A stretch of DNA of 63,987 nucleotides, the filler included, from an uncultured bacterium (GTDB taxonomy: Bacteria > CAYJRR01), in NCBI GenBank assembly GCA_964372275.1. It is 3 parts of 3 records of this genome, joined end to end, with 100 filler letters (N's around TTAATTAATTAA, not from the genome) between each part and the next. Parts side by side here need not be neighbours in the genome. Positions count along the whole stretch, not along the records: positions 28,233 to 55,587 come from CAYJRR010000060.1; positions 55,688 to 63,987 come from CAYJRR010000166.1; 1 more part is not named here. One strand, 5' to 3'. Both the position numbers and the translations under genes were made by a program. Numbering within the stretch: the first letter of the stretch is position 1; the number at the start of each line of letters is the position of its first letter. Shown here piece by piece: positions 54,570 to 62,968 of the stretch. The notes beneath the pieces were generated by a model. It was not told the origin of the DNA and searched no databases. It saw only the letters and a list, made by a program, of their open reading frames with translations.

Positions 54570-55484
54570 GTGCCGGGGATGTCGGCGATCCCGGGACGTT
54601 CGGGCGCCGACGCCGGCGACGCGGAGGACGACGAGCCGCTGTTCGTCGCCCCGGAGACCGCCGCACGACTCGGTGGCGGCGATCCCGATCTCGTCGACGA
54701 CTGGCAGCTCGCCGTGCAGTTCGCCACCTGGAAACGGCTCCTGAACGCCCATCCGCGCCGCCTGGGACGGGCGCGCCGCCGCGCCGTCGCCGCGGTGGTT
54801 CGGCGGGCGCGCGAGATCCTGCAGCGCCAATCGCGTCCGACCGAAGTGGTGCTCGCCGACTGGACCCCCGGCTCGCCCGGCGAGCTCGACGTCGACGAGA
54901 CGCTCGACCGCGCGTCCGGTCGTCCGAATCCGGGTCCGGAGGACCTGGTCGTCGCCGATCGCCGGGAGAAGCGCGCCGACCTGGCGTTGGCGCTCGACGT
55001 CTCGCTCTCCATGGCGGGGGAGAACCTGGCGCTGGTGGCGGTCGCCGCGGCCGTGCTGGCGCTGCGCGCCGATCCGCGCGACCTTTCCGTCGTCGCCTTC
55101 GAGACGCACGCCCAGCTCCTCACCGCCCGAGGCGACGCGACCACGGCGGAGGAGGTGGTGCGCCGGATCCTCGAGATTCCGGCCGGCGGATTCACCAACA
55201 TCGAGGCCGGGCTCGACGAAGCCGCCAAGGCGCTGCGCGCGAGCCGAAGTCCGCGCCGCGCGGTGATCCTCGTCTCCGACGGAAAGTCGACGGAGGGAGG
55301 GGATCCGCGCGAGGCGGCACGACGGGCCCCTCGGCTTCACGTCGTCCACATCGGAAAGGATCCGCACGGCCGGCGGCTGTCCCGGCGGCTGGCCACGGTC
55401 GGCGAAGGGGCGTTCGAGTCGGCGCCCGGCTACCGACAGCTGCCGGCGGCGATGGACCGGCTTTCCCGTCGAATTTTTCGCTAA
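54570..55484 (+). CDS. VWA (CoxE-like) domain protein; probable C-terminal half of an AAA-VWA fusion
   Basis: ELDVDETL, MIDAS DVSLSM, FTNIEAGL, VSDG. Confidence 0.85.
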   Translation: MPGMSAIPGRSGADAGDAEDDEPLFVAPETAARLGGGDPDLVDDWQLAVQFATWKRLLNAHPRRLGRARRRAVAAVVRRAREILQRQSRPTEVVLADWTPGSPGELDVDETLDRASGRPNPGPEDLVVADRREKRADLALALDVSLSMAGENLALVAVAAAVLALRADPRDLSVVAFETHAQLLTARGDATTAEEVVRRILEIPAGGFTNIEAGLDEAAKALRASRSPRRAVILVSDGKSTEGGDPREAARRAPRLHVVHIGKDPHGRRLSRRLATVGEGAFESAPGYRQLPAAMDRLSRRIFR

Positions 55485-55536
55485 ATTTTCAAACAATTGG
55501 AACTTTCCGCCGCGCGGGCGTGGGCCGGCGGAGCGC

Positions 55537-55566
55537 TTGACAGGGGCCCCTATAACAAGGCATCAT
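55537..55566 (+). promoter_or_regulatory. Possible sigma-70 promoter pointing into the gap
   Basis: TTGACA at 55537 and CATCAT 18 nt later in an AT-rich stretch. Confidence 0.35.
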
Positions 55567-55587
55567 TTTGACCATAATTTACCCTCA

Positions 55588-55687
55588 NNNNNNNNNNNNN
55601 NNNNNNNNNNNNNNNNNNNNNNNNNNNNNNNTTAATTAATTAANNNNNNNNNNNNNNNNNNNNNNNNNNNNNNNNNNNNNNNNNNNN
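55588..55687. other. Artificial contig-joining linker
   Basis: 100-nt N-run with TTAATTAATTAA. Confidence 0.97.
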
Positions 55688-55688
55688 A

Positions 55689-56123
55689 GCCGATAGCGGT
55701 GCCGCCTACGTGTTCGTGCGGACCGCAGGCCTCTGGAGCCAGCAGGCCTACCTCAAGGCCTCAAACACCGAAACGGGCGATAACTTTGCGGAGAGCGCCT
55801 CCGTTTCGGGCGACACGCTCGTGGTCGGGGCCTACGTCGAGGATTCGAGCGCCACGGGAGTGAATGGCAACCAGGTAGACAATGGCGCTCTAAGCAGTGG
55901 CGCAGCCTACCTGTTCGTGCGGAGCGCGGGCGTTTGGAGCCAGCAGGCCTACCTCAAGGCCTCGAACTCCGAAACGGGCGATTTCTTTGGGGGACGAGTC
56001 TCCGTCTCGGGCGATACGATACTGGTCGTGGGGGAAGAGGAGGATTCGAGCGCTACGGGAGTCAACGGGAACCAATCCGACAATTCGGCTCTGGAGAGTG
56101 GCGCTGTCTACCTGTTCCACTGA
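55689..56123 (+). CDS. FG-GAP/integrin-like repeat protein, C-terminal fragment
   Basis: Two repeats of SGAAY.F.R..G.WSQQAYLKASN...GD.F...VSGDT..VG...EDS.ATGVNGNQ. Confidence 0.85.
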   Translation, partial: ADSGAAYVFVRTAGLWSQQAYLKASNTETGDNFAESASVSGDTLVVGAYVEDSSATGVNGNQVDNGALSSGAAYLFVRSAGVWSQQAYLKASNSETGDFFGGRVSVSGDTILVVGEEEDSSATGVNGNQSDNSALESGAVYLFH

Positions 56124-56534
56124 TTCAACTGCGGAGGTCGAGTAGGCCGCCGTTTCCCCCGCTTGTGGTTTATGGAGTCTGGCCTTTCCCGTTCGTACTA
56201 CGTTGTCAGTATCCTGTCCGGTCGCGTCCCATTCCCCCCGTTATCGGCGCGGTTCGCCGTCTCGCCGGAACGAGGCCCGAGACGTGGACTCATCGTCAGG
56301 AGGCCAGATGTAAGGCTGCGGTAGAGGGAGAAGGAAAGGGTGGTGGGAGGGAACGGAAGAATCGAAGTCCAGGGGATTCTTGGCCGGTGCGACCAGCCTC
56401 CGGACTGCTCCCAGAGCAGCTGCGCCTGAAACTGACAATGTAGTATTAGAGCGTCAAGAACGACCGGATGCGGGACAGAGACCGATCCACCGGGTGGAAG
56501 ATCCCCCGCGGTCGAGCTACTCTCCGCGGTTCCG

Positions 56535-57989
56535 ATGCCCCGCCGCCTCTACATCGAAACGGTCGGTTGCCAGATGAACGTGCTCGACAGCGAGCTCGTC
56601 GTCGGGGGACTGAAGCGGCAGGGGTACGACCTGGCGGGGGACCCGGAGGAGGCCGACCTCCTGCTCTACAACACCTGCAGCATCCGCGAGCACGCGGAGG
56701 AGAAGGTCTACAGCAGTCTGGGTACCCTTCGCGCGCTCAAGGAGCGGCGCCCCGAGGTGGTGATCGGGGTGCTGGGATGCATGGCGCAGAAGGACCAGGA
56801 GGGGATCTTCCGCCGCGCGCCGCACGTCGACCTCTTGTGCGGGCCGGGAAGTCTCGACGAGCTTCCGGAGATGGTCGAGGAGGTGCGGCGGACGCGCATC
56901 CCACGGGCGAGTCTCTCGCTCGGGCGGCGCGACGCACCGCGACGGGAGGTGGTCCAGAGCTTCGCCAGCTTCGACCCGATGCGCGATCCGGCGATGCGAC
57001 CGACCCCCTTCCAGGCGTTCGTCCGGACCCAGCTCGGCTGCGACAAGTTCTGCACCTACTGCATCGTCCCCAGCGTGCGTGGGCCGGAACAGGGGCGCGA
57101 CCCACTGGCGATCGTCGAGGAGTGCCGGGTGCTCGCCGACCAGGGGGTGGTCGAGGTCACGCTGATCGGGCAGACGGTCAACAGCTACCGCTTCGACCAT
57201 GGCGACGGGCGGCGCACCCGCCTGTCCGACTTGCTGGCGGCGGTGCAGGAGATCGCCGGGATCGAGCGGATCCGCTTCGTCACCAACTTCCCCAACGACG
57301 TCACCGACGACCTGCTCGAGGCGATGCGCGACCTGCCCAAGGTCTGCCGTCATCTGCACGTCCCCGCGCAGTCCGGGTGCGACGAGGTGCTGGCCCGGAT
57401 GAAGCGCCACTATTCGGTCGCCGCCTACCGCGAGAGGCTCGCCCGGGCTCGGGAGACGGTTCCCGGAATCTCGATCAGCGGCGACCTGATCGTCGGCTTC
57501 TGCGGAGAGGGGGAGGCCTCGTTCGAACGGACCCGTGCCCTGGTGCGGGAGGAAAAGTTCAAGAACAACTTCATCTATCAATACAGTCCTCGGCCCGGAA
57601 CCAAGGCTTTTGACCTGCCAGATGACGTCCCCGACGAGACGAAAAGACGTCGCAACAACCAGCTCCTCGCCGACCAGAACGAGGCGAGCCGCGCCGACCA
57701 TCGCCGGTTCGTGGGGTCGCGGGTCGAGGTCCTGGTCGAAGGCCAAAGCCCCCTCGCGCGTCGGGGACGGCCGGAGAGCGCGAACCAGCTCACGGGACGG
57801 ACGCCGACCGACCACATCGTCGTCTTCGACGGTCCGCCGTCTCTGGCCGGCCGTATCGTTCCGATCCTCGTGGAGGACGCCAGCGTGCTGACCCTGTTCG
57901 GCCGGCGCGCCGAGGCGGTCGACGCCGAATCGCCTCCCCCGGCGCGCCCGCCCCACGCGGGACGACCGCTCCCCGTGATTGCGGGGTAG
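56535..57989 (+). CDS. miaB: tRNA-2-methylthio-N6-dimethylallyladenosine synthase MiaB
   Basis: GCQMN.LDSE, NTCSIREHAE, GCMAQ, GCDKFCTYC, DLIVGF.GE, YSPRPGT, TRAM domain. Confidence 0.96.
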   Translation: MPRRLYIETVGCQMNVLDSELVVGGLKRQGYDLAGDPEEADLLLYNTCSIREHAEEKVYSSLGTLRALKERRPEVVIGVLGCMAQKDQEGIFRRAPHVDLLCGPGSLDELPEMVEEVRRTRIPRASLSLGRRDAPRREVVQSFASFDPMRDPAMRPTPFQAFVRTQLGCDKFCTYCIVPSVRGPEQGRDPLAIVEECRVLADQGVVEVTLIGQTVNSYRFDHGDGRRTRLSDLLAAVQEIAGIERIRFVTNFPNDVTDDLLEAMRDLPKVCRHLHVPAQSGCDEVLARMKRHYSVAAYRERLARARETVPGISISGDLIVGFCGEGEASFERTRALVREEKFKNNFIYQYSPRPGTKAFDLPDDVPDETKRRRNNQLLADQNEASRADHRRFVGSRVEVLVEGQSPLARRGRPESANQLTGRTPTDHIVVFDGPPSLAGRIVPILVEDASVLTLFGRRAEAVDAESPPPARPPHAGRPLPVIAG

Positions 57990-58018
57990 CCGGGTCGATC
58001 GGACACGATCCGATCCGT

Positions 58019-58738
58019 CTACTCCGGATCCGGTTCCGGTTCGGGAATGACGAAGCTCTCCAGCTCCTCCGTCTGCCCCCCCATCTCCTTCACCTTCCCC
58101 ACCCCCCTCGCGAACCAGTAGGTCTTCTCCGACCGCTCCTCCCCGGTCACCGACCGCGTTCGCGTCACCCGCAGGCAGTGGAACAGACCGGCCGGTACCG
58201 TCACCGGTTCGTCGACGGCCTCGACCACCCAGCGGTCGCTCTTCTCCACCGACTCGGTCGTCCCCTCGGGAAGGTCGATCCGGGTCTCGACGTACTCCTC
58301 GATCCAGGTGGCGCCGGGCAGGAGGTGGCCAGGGGACTCGTCGAGGCGCAGCCGCCGCGGTTCGTACAGGCTCTCCGATTCGGTGCGGCCGGTCTCGTCC
58401 TGCTCACGCTCGAAATGACGCACGATGCTCGATCCGAGGTCCTCCTGCCAGCTGCGCGTCGCGCCGCCGGCCCGGGTGGTGAGCACCGGGTAGGCGACGA
58501 CGCCGGCCTTCGCCCCCTGCATCGCCTCCGCCGGTTCGACGACGGAGCGCTTGGTGGTGAGCACGCCGGTCGTTCCGTTCACGACGCGGTAGGTCCACGA
58601 GGCGCCGGCCACCAGCGGCAGGTAGCGCAGGTCCGGAGGCGTGGGTGTCGGCGTGGGATGGCGCTCGGTGCCGCATGCCGCGAGGAGCGCGGCGGTACCG
58701 AGGACGACGAAGACGGCTCTGCGGGCGTGTTTCGGCAT
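58019..58738 (-). CDS. Lipoprotein of unknown function (beta-rich, VTVPAG motif)
   Basis: Lipobox LLAAC; YLPL..GASWTY; VTVPAG.F.CLRV; YWFARGVGKVKE. Confidence 0.8.
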   Translation of the reverse strand: MPKHARRAVFVVLGTAALLAACGTERHPTPTPTPPDLRYLPLVAGASWTYRVVNGTTGVLTTKRSVVEPAEAMQGAKAGVVAYPVLTTRAGGATRSWQEDLGSSIVRHFEREQDETGRTESESLYEPRRLRLDESPGHLLPGATWIEEYVETRIDLPEGTTESVEKSDRWVVEAVDEPVTVPAGLFHCLRVTRTRSVTGEERSEKTYWFARGVGKVKEMGGQTEELESFVIPEPEPDPE

Positions 58739-58760
58739 CGTTCCTCCCGTTGTTCCCACG

Positions 58761-59429
58761 TTAGGGATCGATCAGCACCACACCGCGCACGCCGGGGATC
58801 CCGGTTCGTTCGAGGCGGCGAAGGACGGTCGCCGCGTCGAGCCCGGGCGGACCGTCGAGCTCCAGCAGAAGTCGCCCGGGGCCGGCGATGTCGTGCGGCG
58901 CGGCGAGGACGCGGACGTTGTCGAAGACGGGCCGGATCGGTTCGAGGGCCAGGCCCGGCCGCTCGAGATCGATGCCGACGCGCACGCGCTGCAGCGGTCG
59001 CGATTCCGACAGCTCCAGCAGCATCAACATCGATCCGACGAACAGCACGGCGAGGCCGGCGACCGGAAGGAGCCCGATTCCGACCGCCATGCCGATGCCG
59101 ATCATCACGAACAGGACGGCGGCGTCGCGGGGGTCCTTGATCCCGGAACGGAAGCGGATGAAGGCCCCCAGTCCGACCAGCCCGAACGCGCGGGCCACGC
59201 TGTCGCCGATGATCATCACCATCAGGCTGCCGGCGACGGCGATCAGGACCTGCGCCTGGGCGGTGTCGGCGGGAACGGCCGCGACGGAGGCCCGCAGTCT
59301 CCTCCAGGGACGGAAGGCGACGGCGGCGGCGAGAAGGGCGGTGAGCGCCAGCCTCGAAGCGATCAGCGCGAGCGGCAGATGCGCAATCGGGACGGTCGAA
59401 GGGACCGCCTCGGAGAGCACGGGGCTCAC
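58761..59429 (-). CDS. DUF4956-family membrane protein
   Basis: IIGDSVARAFGLVGLGAFIRFRSGIKDPRDAAVLF..IGIGMAVG. Confidence 0.88.
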   Translation of the reverse strand: MSPVLSEAVPSTVPIAHLPLALIASRLALTALLAAAVAFRPWRRLRASVAAVPADTAQAQVLIAVAGSLMVMIIGDSVARAFGLVGLGAFIRFRSGIKDPRDAAVLFVMIGIGMAVGIGLLPVAGLAVLFVGSMLMLLELSESRPLQRVRVGIDLERPGLALEPIRPVFDNVRVLAAPHDIAGPGRLLLELDGPPGLDAATVLRRLERTGIPGVRGVVLIDP

Positions 59430-61129
59430 GTCCGGGCCTCCGGCGCGGCCGCCGACGTCGGTCGCGAGAGCACGAGGGCGGCGACGTGGCGGAGGAGCGA
59501 GAGGTTTTGCGGATACCTCGACAGCTGTCGCGCGACGATCGCCTGGCCTTTGGATCCGCCGGCGAGGACCCCGAGGCTCTTGACGACGGTAGACGGCCAC
59601 CGGTCGAGCCCCTCCATGCGGAGCGACCAGGCCTGCGAACCGTCCATGCCGGCAATGGAGTCGATCGCCTCCTTCGCCTGCGCGACGCACCGGCGGCGGA
59701 GCCTCCACGCGCGGGGATCGTCGATGCCGTCGATGCCGCGGAGCACCAGACGCGGTGCGCCGTCGGCGAATCGCTCCCGCAACGCCCAGGCGCGGTCCCC
59801 GGAGAGTCCGGCGATCGAGCGAAGGACCTCCGCCGGCGCGATGGGCAAGGCGGCTTCGCGGACGCGCCACGCGCGCGGGTCGTCGATCGCGCGTACCGAT
59901 TCGCAGAGCGCCGGTGCGATCCATGGCTCCGTCACGCGCGGCGACCCGTCCTCCTCGAGGTAGCGACGACGGTGCTCCCATGCCCGCTCGCCGGTCAGGC
60001 GCGCGAGCGAGCGCAGGGCGGCGTCGGGCGCGATCCCGGCGAGCCGCTCGCGGAGCGCCCAGCTCCGTTCGTCGTCGCGGCCGGCCAAGGAGCCGAGTAC
60101 CTCCTCCGGCGCCCGCTCGACCAGCGAATCGCGCAGCTGCCATGCCGGCTCGGTCGCCCCGGATTCGCCGCTCAAGGACCGCGCGACCTGCCGGGGCACG
60201 ACCGGGGCGAGCGCCTCTCGGATGCGCCGGGAAAGCGGGTCGTCCAGACCGGCCGTCCCGAACGCCGACACCGCGGGGGCCCGCAGGGCGAGCGTCCGCC
60301 GGCGCGCATCGACCCCGGGTCCCGCCAATCCGGAAAGGAAGTAGGCCGCGACGTCGGGCTCGCGCTCCGAACGGCGGTCGATCCAGTCGAGGAAGGCGGC
60401 GAAGGCGTCGTCCGTTCCGACCGGCCGCACGATCCGCAGCCGGGTGGTGCGAAGTTGGGAGGCCAGGCGTAGCCCCAGTGGGACGCCGGCATGGAGGGCG
60501 TTGCGGACGACGTCGACCATGCGCGCGACGAGGAGGTCGAGGTCGGTGTCGTCGTTGTCGACGACGGCCCATCGGGCGGGATCGGCCGCCGCGAGCGCGA
60601 GGTAGCCTTCGCGGAGACGATGCTGCAGCCCGGCGCCGGCGAGTCCCTTGCGGGATCCCCCTCGGGCGGAGGGCTCCTTGATCTTCTGCGCGCGGCGGCG
60701 GGCGCGCGCCAGGTGCGGGTCGACGTCGACCAGGATCGCCAGGTCCGGTTCGAGCCCACGCGAGACCGATCGAAGCAGCGCCCGGACGCGCGATTCGGGA
60801 AGGCCCCGGCCGTGGATCGCAAGCACTTCGGGGGTGTAGAGGAACCGGTCGGCGATCACCACGTGCGCCTGGGAGAGCGCCGGCCGGGTGATCTCCTCCA
60901 ACGACTGCGCTTCGCGGGCGGCGTAGAGGAGGAGCTCCGCCTCGGGGTGGAGCTCCAGGTGGAGCGGATCCCGGGCGAAGTCACGCATCGCCTGGGCCGT
61001 GCGCGAGGAGAAGCGGCCATCCTCCCGCACGTGCACCACGCGATATCCGTCGTCGCGCAGCTTCTTGGCCACGCGCGAGGAGAGTGTCGTCTTGCCGCAG
61101 CCGTCGATCCCTTCGAAGGCGATGAACAT
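59426..61129 (-). CDS. Thymidylate-kinase-fold protein fused to C-terminal HEAT-like helical repeats
   Basis: FIAFEGIDGCGKTT, ELLLYAA, IADRF, PDLAILVD; then repeats of SLAG.D..RAW.LR. Confidence 0.85.
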   Translation of the reverse strand: MFIAFEGIDGCGKTTLSSRVAKKLRDDGYRVVHVREDGRFSSRTAQAMRDFARDPLHLELHPEAELLLYAAREAQSLEEITRPALSQAHVVIADRFLYTPEVLAIHGRGLPESRVRALLRSVSRGLEPDLAILVDVDPHLARARRRAQKIKEPSARGGSRKGLAGAGLQHRLREGYLALAAADPARWAVVDNDDTDLDLLVARMVDVVRNALHAGVPLGLRLASQLRTTRLRIVRPVGTDDAFAAFLDWIDRRSEREPDVAAYFLSGLAGPGVDARRRTLALRAPAVSAFGTAGLDDPLSRRIREALAPVVPRQVARSLSGESGATEPAWQLRDSLVERAPEEVLGSLAGRDDERSWALRERLAGIAPDAALRSLARLTGERAWEHRRRYLEEDGSPRVTEPWIAPALCESVRAIDDPRAWRVREAALPIAPAEVLRSIAGLSGDRAWALRERFADGAPRLVLRGIDGIDDPRAWRLRRRCVAQAKEAIDSIAGMDGSQAWSLRMEGLDRWPSTVVKSLGVLAGGSKGQAIVARQLSRYPQNLSLLRHVAALVLSRPTSAAAPEART

Positions 61130-61151
61130 CGATCGGTCGTCCTCGCATCGC

Positions 61152-62171
61152 TTAAAAGTCGGCGCCGAGCTGGAGGCGCCACGCCCGTTCCGGTAGGCCC
61201 TCGCCGCCGTCCGGACCGTGCCTCCCGAAGCCGGTCCAGCGGTGTTCGACCTGCGTGCGCCAGCGGCGGCCGAGCCCGACGCCGGCGCCGACCGTCGCCT
61301 CCCGGACGACGTCGTCCGTGCGTTCGATGTCCGGATCGAGCGCCCCCGCCCGGAGGTACGGTTCGAGGTGGCGCGTCCCGCCGATGGGCAGCCGCCATCC
61401 GGCCAAGAGGCGCGCGGTGGCGAAGGTCGGGTCCCTCCGGTCGAGCGGGTCCTCGTCGAGCCACGACCGTCCGACCGCCGCGTCGGCCCAGAGCCGTGGA
61501 CCGAATTCGGGTTCCCTCGAAACGTCGACCGCGGCGGCGGGGTAGGGCCGGAATCGGCTTCCGGGGATCGGCTCGGCGCGTCGCGAGAGGCCGGTGGCCC
61601 CGAACGACAGACCCGCGATCCGCGCCTCGATGCGCACGGCGGCGCTCCCGCCGAACCCTTCCGATTCGCCGGCGGCGCGACGGTCGCCGTCGGCCGCGGG
61701 CGACTGCCAGACCGCGGCCTCGATCGACGGGCGGCCGGTAGACGATCCTCGCCACGCGAGCCGCATCCCGTGCTGTCGGCCGCCGATTTCGAAGCGTCGC
61801 GACAGCAGGTCCTGGATCGGACCGCGATCGATCGCCGGAAGGTCCCACGAGGAGCGTAGCCCGAGCCGGGTGAAGGGGGTCTTGAAGCGGCCGGCGCGCA
61901 GCGAGAGTCCGCCCTTCCCGCGGCCCCATTCGATCCACGCGTCCCGGACCGGCCGGTCGTCGGTCAGCTCGGCCGTGAGCCGCGCGCGCGTTCCGTCCCG
62001 TTCGAAGGTCGCCCCGAGCCGCGCGCGGGCGGTTTCGACGCGGCCGTTCCAGGCACCGCCGTCCTCCTCGAACGTCGACCGGAGCAGCAGCCGGCCATCG
62101 ACGGACAACGGGGCTCGCGCGGAGTCGTCGGCAACGGCGCCGAGCAGGAGGAGTGGAAGCCAGGCGATCAC
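61152..62171 (-). CDS. Porin, phosphate-selective porin O/P-like
   Basis: Short signal; ARARLG, RDAWIEW, LRAGRFKTPF; C-terminal LQLGADF. Confidence 0.75.
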   Translation of the reverse strand: MIAWLPLLLLGAVADDSARAPLSVDGRLLLRSTFEEDGGAWNGRVETARARLGATFERDGTRARLTAELTDDRPVRDAWIEWGRGKGGLSLRAGRFKTPFTRLGLRSSWDLPAIDRGPIQDLLSRRFEIGGRQHGMRLAWRGSSTGRPSIEAAVWQSPAADGDRRAAGESEGFGGSAAVRIEARIAGLSFGATGLSRRAEPIPGSRFRPYPAAAVDVSREPEFGPRLWADAAVGRSWLDEDPLDRRDPTFATARLLAGWRLPIGGTRHLEPYLRAGALDPDIERTDDVVREATVGAGVGLGRRWRTQVEHRWTGFGRHGPDGGEGLPERAWRLQLGADF

Positions 62172-62917
62172 GTTCCGCTCCCGTCCGCCCAGGCACTTTG
62201 CCCGGCGGCGCGCAACGCCGCCGACATCGCCATGCGGAACTTCGAGAATCCGACCGACTCGCGATGGCACTCCAGCAGCGGTTCGAGCCAGGGTGGCGGA
62301 CCGCCGGTCTGCTTGACCTCCAGCACCCGCAGCTCTTTGCGGTCGATCGGCTCGACCTCCGTCAAGGAGCTTCCGAGCGGCAGCGGCGGATAGAAGGCGA
62401 GCCGGTCGTCGACGGTGATCCGGATCCGTTCCTCGCCGTCGGCGAATGCGCGCCGCCGGTACCAGGTCGACACGCAGGGGAGCGGCCGCTCGACCCGGAG
62501 GCTCCGGATCAGGGCTGCACGCGCCTCGGCCGAGGCGGCGTCCGCGGGCTCGAGCGCGTCTTCGGCGACCTCCCGTCCCTGCAACAGGTCGAGAAGCGTC
62601 CGGCGATCGGCGCGCAGCCTCGTTTTCCGACGATGCCCCTGGGCCGTCTCCTTGAGCTCCAGGTAGGCCTGGGAGGATAGGTCGGGGCACTCGTCGCCGA
62701 GCGCGCTCGCGTATTCGCGGATTCGAAGTCGCCGGGCGAGACCCGTCGCGTCGGAGCGGAGGTAGTCGAGGGCGGGCGTGTCCAGGTAGGTGGTGCGGGT
62801 GAAGGAAACGGGGCGCCCCGGGTCGTGGACGACCGGACGCGTCCAGTGCGCGATTGCCGCGAGGAACGCGTCGGCGGCCGCCGGTTCGAGGAGGAACTTT
62901 CGCTCGCGCTCGTCCAT
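62168..62917 (-). CDS. VTC-domain (polyphosphate polymerase, CYTH-like) protein
   Basis: ERERKF, TYLDT, RRLRIREY, LELK, YRRRAF, RITVD, VLEVK, FSKF. Confidence 0.9.
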   Translation of the reverse strand: MDERERKFLLEPAAADAFLAAIAHWTRPVVHDPGRPVSFTRTTYLDTPALDYLRSDATGLARRLRIREYASALGDECPDLSSQAYLELKETAQGHRRKTRLRADRRTLLDLLQGREVAEDALEPADAASAEARAALIRSLRVERPLPCVSTWYRRRAFADGEERIRITVDDRLAFYPPLPLGSSLTEVEPIDRKELRVLEVKQTGGPPPWLEPLLECHRESVGFSKFRMAMSAALRAAGQSAWADGSGT

Positions 62918-62968
62918 GTCCGCCGGAACGATGGACGCCCGGCCGCCGGGATCAAGGGCGCGGCGTCA

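Noticed and set aside
54550-54744. TGA plus hairpin as a SECIS-type readthrough of the AAA+ gene
   Set aside because: Readthrough gives a short non-homologous tail ending at 54744 and does not reach the VWA frame
56170-56305. Minus-strand CTGACGATGAGTCC resembling a hammerhead or fluoride-riboswitch start
   Set aside because: The required partner motifs (CGAAAC closing stem, or GCTGATG) are absent, and no gene follows on that strand
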